This document shows, piece by piece, positions 57,716-64,000 of a DNA stretch of 64,000 nt. The position numbers and the translations under genes were made by a program. The stretch lies in IMG/VR virus record IMGVR_UViG_3300023184_008808, positions 26,160 through 90,159 of that record, one strand, 5' to 3'. The first letter of the stretch is position 1. Each line of letters starts with the position of its first letter. The notes below the pieces were generated by a model, which saw only the letters and a program-made list of their open reading frames with translations, was not told where the DNA came from and searched no databases. This DNA comes from a virus.

Positions 57716-58630
57716 TTATTGTTCATTAAGCCATGATCCATCATTCAGATATGGCGTCATGCAAATCTTTTCCATAATATTTAAAAAGTCAGATATTTCA
57801 TCTAATTTTTCATTTTTAAATTTAGCAAGCATAAGATAGTGCTCTGTTTTTTCTTTAAAAATTGGAGTACCAAAATGTTGATTTATACAATCGATCAATT
57901 TATCTTTATAAGAAGCATCTATTGATTTATCTTTTACAAGTTCATTTATAAATTCACATGCCTTTTGTTTAGCGTCAGTCCACTCAATGTGTTTATTAGA
58001 TAAATTGTCAATAATATTGAATTTCTTTTGCATAAGTAACGCCATAATTGCTCGGCTTATTAAAAAGCTGATTTGTTCTTGACTCAAGTCTTTTTTGATA
58101 TTTGGAAAGTTTGCTATAATATTTTCAACCTCACCGCCATAAGTTGGATCATCAATAATGGGTTTCATATTCCATATGTGCCGTAGAAAATCAGGAATGT
58201 CACCTTTTAATTTTTCTTCATTTGAATCTTCATGAAAAGTTATTCCTTCATCAATCCATCGAATTTTATTTTTTTCGACGATATAAGGAGAAATGACGGA
58301 AGAAGTTTTGCCGTTTTTGTCAATTCGAAATGTCAATAAACATTCTAGCTTATCTGATTTTGTGCTTGCTTGATCTAAGTTTTCACTATCTTTGAGTGTG
58401 GAAACTTTTGCATCATAGCTTAGCACAAGACTTTCGGATTCAAACCCTATACGACACATCACGCAAGCCTGCATCATTTGATCTCGGTCTAAAGATGGAG
58501 CGATGGCGATAGCCATGGGTCCATCTTTGCCCTCCACAGTTATGTGTGGATGCATTTCTTTTTTACTTTCAAAAAATCTATTTTTCAATTCTTTGGCAAC
58601 TATAACAGCATTTTTCATTTCATCGTTCAT
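57716..58630 (-). CDS. hypothetical protein
   Basis: SD AAGGAG; promoter TTTACA-17-TATAGT at 58681-58653. Confidence 0.8.
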   Translation of the reverse strand: MNDEMKNAVIVAKELKNRFFESKKEMHPHITVEGKDGPMAIAIAPSLDRDQMMQACVMCRIGFESESLVLSYDAKVSTLKDSENLDQASTKSDKLECLLTFRIDKNGKTSSVISPYIVEKNKIRWIDEGITFHEDSNEEKLKGDIPDFLRHIWNMKPIIDDPTYGGEVENIIANFPNIKKDLSQEQISFLISRAIMALLMQKKFNIIDNLSNKHIEWTDAKQKACEFINELVKDKSIDASYKDKLIDCINQHFGTPIFKEKTEHYLMLAKFKNEKLDEISDFLNIMEKICMTPYLNDGSWLNEQ

Positions 58631-58681
58631 TTGTTTCTCCTTTAAGAATCACACTATACCCTTTTTTTTCAATGATGTAAA

Positions 58682-59584
58682 TCAATTCTGAGCCAACTCG
58701 CTTAATAGTTTGTTCACAGCTAATTCTTTTGCTTTTGCTTCAACTTCAACAGTCATTTTTTTATTTTTCCAGCAACTAGGAAAATCTTTAAAATTTATGT
58801 AATCGTGATGATTGGCTTCTTTTTCCCATCCATAACCATTGATAGGGCTACTTATGTGAAAAAGAGGTTCTCTGTTCCAAGTTTTAATTGCTAGTTCTGT
58901 TGCTTCTTCAATAAGAATATCGTCGGATAAAACACGATGATGATGAACATCATATACTAAAGGTATTCCTAAGGTATCGCAAATAGGCAACAAATCGCTA
59001 GGAGTATAAACTGTGTCATCGTTTTCTACTGTTAGTTTTTTTCTGGCCTCAATGCTTAGTTTATAAAAATTGTTTCCAAAATCGTTTAAAGCTTTTTTCT
59101 TATCTCCGTAAGCACCACCGCCGTGAATGTTGATTACATCTGCATTCACCCAAGCAGCAACTTCGGTCTGGTATTCTATTTCGGCAATACTATTCTGCAC
59201 TACAGTTGGATTAGGGCTGTTTAAAACGACAAACTGGTCTGGGTGAAAACAAGTTCTAATATCATTTTCAATAGCGTATTTTCCACATGCTTGGTATGTT
59301 GATATTATGTTTTGCCAATCATTTAAATCCTTTATTTGATAACCAACATCTTTGTGTGTTTTGCAAGGTAAAATACCACTATTGATACGGAAAGATCCAA
59401 TGCTGTTATTTTTGCAAAACTTTAAAGCTTCCATAAGAGAATTTGCATTTTCTTGACAAAGACTTGAAAGCTTTTTTATAGCTTCACTTCTATCCATCTT
59501 TGAAATATGAGTAACAGTAGTGGTTTTGAATTTAATTGCTTGTTCTTTAAACATACAGCACAAGCCTAGCCTAATTTTATCCAT
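58682..59584 (-). CDS. uvsE: UV DNA damage endonuclease UvsE
   Basis: RLGLCC, FHPDQFVVLNSP, NIHGGG.YGDK, LTVENDD, VYDVHHH, HISS, H.DYI, VEAKAKELA. Confidence 0.95.
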   Translation of the reverse strand: MDKIRLGLCCMFKEQAIKFKTTTVTHISKMDRSEAIKKLSSLCQENANSLMEALKFCKNNSIGSFRINSGILPCKTHKDVGYQIKDLNDWQNIISTYQACGKYAIENDIRTCFHPDQFVVLNSPNPTVVQNSIAEIEYQTEVAAWVNADVINIHGGGAYGDKKKALNDFGNNFYKLSIEARKKLTVENDDTVYTPSDLLPICDTLGIPLVYDVHHHRVLSDDILIEEATELAIKTWNREPLFHISSPINGYGWEKEANHHDYINFKDFPSCWKNKKMTVEVEAKAKELAVNKLLSELAQN

Positions 59585-59607
59585 GATTGCTCCGCATATA
59601 TAAAGTA

Positions 59608-59847
59608 ATGATTAGGAATACCATCATCCTTATTTTAGGACTCTTGATATTGTTGATTCTTGGTGGTGTAGCCATTTACGATTATTGGTTATTCATCAAT
59701 AATCATCCAACCATTTCAATTGTAATTCGTCAATTTTCTGACAGTCATTCCCACAAACCTCACATATTTGTTTTCATAGGCGTGGTTGTAGGAGTGACTA
59801 TCGGATTGATTGTTGGCTTTATTCTTGGTCATTTATTTTGGCAATAG
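59608..59847 (+). CDS. two-TM membrane protein (holin-like architecture)
   Basis: TATATA 5 nt before ATG; TM-PTIS-TM-LGHLFW. Confidence 0.6.
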   Translation: MIRNTIILILGLLILLILGGVAIYDYWLFINNHPTISIVIRQFSDSHSHKPHIFVFIGVVVGVTIGLIVGFILGHLFWQ

Positions 59848-60823
59848 TTGCCGCAACTTTTTTACGAGCGACCTTAAGAATTTGAGTGATACGCATGCGT
59901 CCATAGGGCTTTCCTGTTCTAGGAGCAATATGCTTTTGCCCCACAGCAGTCTGCCATCCACGATAAGGATTCATTGCTGTTTCAATAAGTTCTCTTTCAA
60001 GCGAGTTGAGGTTGCTACGATCAAGAATTTGTTGTGTCGTAAGTTTTTCAACTAGAACATCATTTTCAATGTTTTCGTTGATGTTAATCCTATAAGCAGT
60101 ATAGTCATGGCAAGCTTCCGCTTCACCTTCAGACGATGATTGCATGAAAGAACTAGCTGGAGTTGCCCTTTTAAGGACTTGAGTTAAATGTAACTTATCT
60201 TCGTCACTAAGATCAATACTTTTTGCAATATCGTCAAATGAAGCACCACTAACTGATTCTTGCTTTGCTTTATTGAATTTACTCAACAAGCTTATGCTGG
60301 CATTGCTGAGATGGCTAAGAAAAGAACCTTGTTGATTAGTCACATTGCTAAGGCGATTCTTTAAAGACCAAAAAATATAGGTGCAAATATCTGCTCTTCC
60401 GTCATCATTGTAACGATAAATGCTTTCAACAATTTGAATGTAAGCTTCCTGCAAAAAATCTTCAAAGGTTAATCCAGTGGTGGTGTTGTCTTTAGTCCAC
60501 ATCCGAGCGTGACGCTTGGCTAAGGCTGAAAAACCTTCCAACATAGCCTCTTCGACAGATCGCCCACCCAGTTCAGAGTGATTTTTACGAACTGCTTGGA
60601 TGACAGGCAGATCGGCACAGAATTCGGCTTGTTGTTCTGGGTTTAGTTGTAAAAGAATAGTTTCAGGACTTTGCATAGCTGCATTACGAAGTGCCCTAAA
60701 TTTTACCGAAGGTAGTGATTTTGACCATTTTAAAAGGGCTTGGTTTGCCTTAGACAATACGCTGATAGCAAAAGTCTTTTCGGTTTCTGAAAGCTTACGA
60801 TATGGTATTTCTGCAAAGTCCAT
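59819..60823 (-). CDS. sigma-70-like factor
   Basis: LTFEDFLQEAYIQIVESIYRY..TYIFWSLKNRL; RMRITQILKVARKKV; SD AAGGAG. Confidence 0.75.
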   Translation of the reverse strand: MDFAEIPYRKLSETEKTFAISVLSKANQALLKWSKSLPSVKFRALRNAAMQSPETILLQLNPEQQAEFCADLPVIQAVRKNHSELGGRSVEEAMLEGFSALAKRHARMWTKDNTTTGLTFEDFLQEAYIQIVESIYRYNDDGRADICTYIFWSLKNRLSNVTNQQGSFLSHLSNASISLLSKFNKAKQESVSGASFDDIAKSIDLSDEDKLHLTQVLKRATPASSFMQSSSEGEAEACHDYTAYRININENIENDVLVEKLTTQQILDRSNLNSLERELIETAMNPYRGWQTAVGQKHIAPRTGKPYGRMRITQILKVARKKVAATIAKINDQE

Positions 60824-61161
60824 CGATCTTACTCCTTAATGATTTTAGGTCGTTTCCCTAAAGACCCATCGATAGCATCCCGCATTCAGTCTGATTTTTT
60901 TGAAAAATTTTTCAAAAATCATTCCGTTGCACTTGTGGTCACAACTGCCAATAGTTGTTTAAACTTTCCACAAGTTGGATTGACCATACATCGTTTTATT
61001 CGATAGAACACTCGAAAAATTTAAAACATTTTTATTGAATTGACTTTACAATCAACCTAAGTTCAATCCAACAAAAGATTTAAAATTTTTTATAAATGAA
61101 TGAATTTTACTAAAGCTTATGAAAATGAGCTTTGAATCTTGTTGATTTTTTTAAAGTTGGA

Positions 61162-62079
61162 TTATTGAATGGAAAGCGTGTAATCATTAAAAGTCTGTGA
61201 CAACTGCCATTCGGGAAATTTTCCCTCATATTCTTTAAGAGGCAAGCGTTTCATGATTTCTTGCCTGCGAAAAAAAGGTTCAATTGCACAAGTTATTACA
61301 TTTTCTGAATTTAAGCGTAGCCCTGCATCTTGAAACCATTTTTTTTGGGTAACAACAGGAAAATAACATTTATAAATTGGTTCTAATTTGATTCCCATGA
61401 TTTCAAATTCTTCGGGCGTGAAAATTAAATGAACCCAAGCTTTATTTAGTTTTTGATAAAGATGTCCGCTATGGCGTCCCATCCAAGTGTGACATCGGAC
61501 AAATATTTTTGCTTTTTCTGAACATAAACTTTTAACTTGTTTTAAAGCGTAAAGCGGATCTGCAGTATGATCAAGAACATCATATAAAATGATAAAATCA
61601 TATGGACCATTAGCTTGAATTTTAGAAAAATCAGTAGTTAACAGATAAGGGCTAGGATTATCCCATACAAGCCGACCAGATTGTTTTATATCATAGCCAA
61701 CAGAAAGAATTGATGTTTTAGCGGCTTCTGCACTAACATGACCTTCACCACAACCAAAATCTAATACTTTTTTATTTTTTATATCATAATTGATATAATC
61801 GATTATATTTTGAGCTCTTTCAATTTTATCTTCTTCTGTTTCAGAGCAAATTAACAAAGGAGATACTGCCTCAGGCCATTCAGAACTTTGAAGTAAATCA
61901 ATCAAGACTTGTGTTTCGGGGCTGAATTTGCTTTTATCAATTTCCATATCAATTTTCTCTTGTGGATAAAGTGATGGTTGGGTCTTTTGTTGATTTTCGC
62001 TTAACGCTGAAGCAATGCTGTTATATTTAATTCTAGGCGGAGTAGTTTTTCTAAGACCTTGTGTGCAAGCACATGCCAT
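61162..62079 (-). CDS. class I SAM-dependent methyltransferase
   Basis: KKVLDFGCGEG; YDFIILYDVLDH; paralog of 20588..21496. Confidence 0.88.
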   Translation of the reverse strand: MACACTQGLRKTTPPRIKYNSIASALSENQQKTQPSLYPQEKIDMEIDKSKFSPETQVLIDLLQSSEWPEAVSPLLICSETEEDKIERAQNIIDYINYDIKNKKVLDFGCGEGHVSAEAAKTSILSVGYDIKQSGRLVWDNPSPYLLTTDFSKIQANGPYDFIILYDVLDHTADPLYALKQVKSLCSEKAKIFVRCHTWMGRHSGHLYQKLNKAWVHLIFTPEEFEIMGIKLEPIYKCYFPVVTQKKWFQDAGLRLNSENVITCAIEPFFRRQEIMKRLPLKEYEGKFPEWQLSQTFNDYTLSIQ

Positions 62080-62082
62080 AAA

Positions 62083-62907
62083 CTAATCCACCAATTCAAG
62101 AACTTTTGGTTCTTTGCCGATATAAATTTCATAAACTCTAATTGCTTTGCTTCCATACAAAGTAAACTCATCTCCATGTTTTAATGGTCTGTCTACACAT
62201 TGAATATAAACTGTGCAATCTTCTAAATTCTTTATTATGTGATCAATAGAATCTGGTAATGGTTGACTATAGATGGTTGGATAGTCAATTAGATTTACTC
62301 TAAAAGTATATTTTGGTAAAGGATAGTTTTCGGAAGACTCTGAGAGTTCTAAAAATGTAAATCTTGAAATATCACTATCATCTTGATCAGCATCAAAACC
62401 AACTCTATAAGGGCCAGCAGGCAGGCGTTCATTGAGGGTTAATGTGGTTATCAAAGTGTCATTAACACTTGCTCCATCATAAATATCAACTGTTACAATG
62501 CTATTTTTGGGGATATATTTTATTTTAAAAGTATAAGTGTTGCCTATTGTTAATCCAATTGGGCCTTCACCACCAGACGATTGACCATCAAGTTCTGGAG
62601 TTCCGCAATTAACATTCATTGAAATACGAGTTGGATGAGGTCCCCACGACCACTCAGGTTCGTAAGCTGTATTGTAGATGCAAACTCCATGATCTGCACA
62701 GTTTCCATGTACTATGCTATAAATGATTGTAGTTTCTGCCTCTGACTTATAATCAAAATTAGTGCGAATTGGATATGCCACCCCGTCTGCATTTCCATAA
62801 AAAAACATTCCATCCACTCCAAAACCAAAATTTACACCTTCTGTTGGTTTGTCTGCAGTGGGATAGTAACTTAGCCAAGTGGGTTTTGATGTAAGATAGC
62901 TTCGCAT
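62083..62907 (-). CDS. hypothetical beta-rich protein, possibly structural
   Basis: 274 aa, downstream of the fibre gene, TAGATA upstream. Confidence 0.7.
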   Translation of the reverse strand: MRSYLTSKPTWLSYYPTADKPTEGVNFGFGVDGMFFYGNADGVAYPIRTNFDYKSEAETTIIYSIVHGNCADHGVCIYNTAYEPEWSWGPHPTRISMNVNCGTPELDGQSSGGEGPIGLTIGNTYTFKIKYIPKNSIVTVDIYDGASVNDTLITTLTLNERLPAGPYRVGFDADQDDSDISRFTFLELSESSENYPLPKYTFRVNLIDYPTIYSQPLPDSIDHIIKNLEDCTVYIQCVDRPLKHGDEFTLYGSKAIRVYEIYIGKEPKVLELVD

Positions 62908-63037
62908 AATTTTCCTCTCATTCCAAATCTTAATTTATCTATGATTTTGTATTAAATATCCGTTCGAAGGTTTGGATGTAATTTTTAAACACACCTTTTG
63001 TTAAATTTTCAAATTTAAAGCGATATAAATATTCCAA

Positions 63038-64000
63038 TCAAGTACTTGAGGTTAAAATCCATCGAGATTGATTAGTGGAACTACCTATTGTTAAACCGCC
63101 AACATAAATAAATGTTGCTGATGCGTTTACGCCAATTGTTTTGTTTGCTACGCCTAAAACAAAACGATTACTTGCTGTTGAAGCACTATCTTCTTGTGTA
63201 AATGTTTGATTTTTTGTAGTGTTATTTATTACAACAATATATCTGCCGATTACTCCATTTGCCAAACCAGAAACTGAACTTGCTGTTGTGCCTGTCAAAC
63301 AGAAAAAAGCACCTGCTGAAATATTATAGTTGTCAATATTTGAAGCAGATGGAATATCAGTACCCTGAGTAAAAGTAACTGTAGCTCCAACCCCTCCCTG
63401 AGAACCTTGATTTCCCTGAAAACCTTGATTTCCCTGAAAACCTTGAGAACCCTGATTGCCTTGTGCTCCAGTTGAACCCTGTGCCCCTTGTGCTCCAGTT
63501 GAACCCTGATTGCCTTGTGCTCCAGTTGAACCCTGTGCCCCTTGTGCCCCCTGAGCAACAGCAGAACCAGAAATTCCTTGAAACCCTTGATTCCCTTGAT
63601 TCCCTTGAGCACCAGTTGAGCCTTGATTGCCTTGAGCACCAGTTAAGCCCTGATTGCCTTGGAAACCTTGAGAGCCTTGATTCCCTTGAGCACCAGTTGA
63701 GCCTTGATTGCCTTGAGCACCAGTTAAGCCCTGATTGCCTTGGAAACCTTGAGAGCCTTGGTTACCTTGAGCACCAGTTAAGCCCTGATTGCCTTGGAAA
63801 CCTTGAGAGCCTTGGTTACCTTGAGCACCAGTTGAGCCTTGGTTGCCTTGAGAGCCTTGATTGCCTTGAGCACCAGTTGAGCCTTGGTTGCCTTGAGAAC
63901 CTTGGTTGCCTTGAGCACCAGTTGAGCCTTGGTTGCCTTGAGAGCCTTGGTTGCCTTGAGCACCAGTTAAGCCTTGGTTACCTTGAGCACCAGTTGAGCC
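63038..64000 (-). CDS. collagen-like tail fibre protein, 5'-partial
   Basis: Frame open from the window edge with (G-X-Y)n units GAQGNQGST/GLT/GSQ/GFQ, continuing into ORF 63038..63298. Confidence 0.9.
   Translation of the reverse strand, partial: GSTGAQGNQGLTGAQGNQGSQGNQGSTGAQGNQGSQGNQGSTGAQGNQGSQGNQGSTGAQGNQGSQGFQGNQGLTGAQGNQGSQGFQGNQGLTGAQGNQGSTGAQGNQGSQGFQGNQGLTGAQGNQGSTGAQGNQGNQGFQGISGSAVAQGAQGAQGSTGAQGNQGSTGAQGAQGSTGAQGNQGSQGFQGNQGFQGNQGSQGGVGATVTFTQGTDIPSASNIDNYNISAGAFFCLTGTTASSVSGLANGVIGRYIVVINNTTKNQTFTQEDSASTASNRFVLGVANKTIGVNASATFIYVGGLTIGSSTNQSRWILTSST
63395..64000 (-). repeat. 9-bp-periodic collagen triplet repeat
   Basis: Repeats of ccttgagca/ccagttgag/ccttggttg. Confidence 0.95.

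Noticed and set aside
63295-63963. ORFs 63295..63639 and 63778..63963, or a CRISPR-like repeat
   Set aside because: These are alternative frames of the collagen G-X-Y repeat; the real frame runs from beyond 64000 to 63038.
1-64000. Genome-wide UGA reassignment (code 4/25) as the explanation for the UGA at 49480
   Set aside because: Long genes are intact under the standard code and many end at TGA, including ATGA-coupled junctions (30620, 30727, 40142, 54293).

Overview
AT-rich, gene-dense segment of a large (jumbo-type) phage genome. It carries PhoH, an Rnl1-type RNA ligase, an amidoligase, a SNF2 helicase, a collagen-like tail fibre, many hypotheticals, one tRNA-Thr, and T4-like late promoters. 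Host-derived genes point to a Planctomycetota host (inference): a DUF1559 prepilin with AVQKVREAA, a planctomycete-type sigma factor, two CsrA, ClpX, ClpS, AlgH, MscL and ACP. Genes run mainly on + up to about 45.3 kb and mainly on - afterwards. The strongest new signal is a probable phage-encoded selenoprotein at 49552..48962 (-), which the ORF track truncates. It has a promoter, SD and signal peptide, then an in-frame UGA followed by a GGUC-loop SECIS-like hairpin and the rest of the reading frame. Other signals are an adjacent nucleotidyltransferase/2H-phosphoesterase pair with capsid-targeting-like N-termini, a TANATA late-promoter grammar (leaderless starts and SD-sequestering hairpins), and two candidate structured RNAs upstream of the tRNA. 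All family assignments come from motif recognition by eye; no database searches were run.
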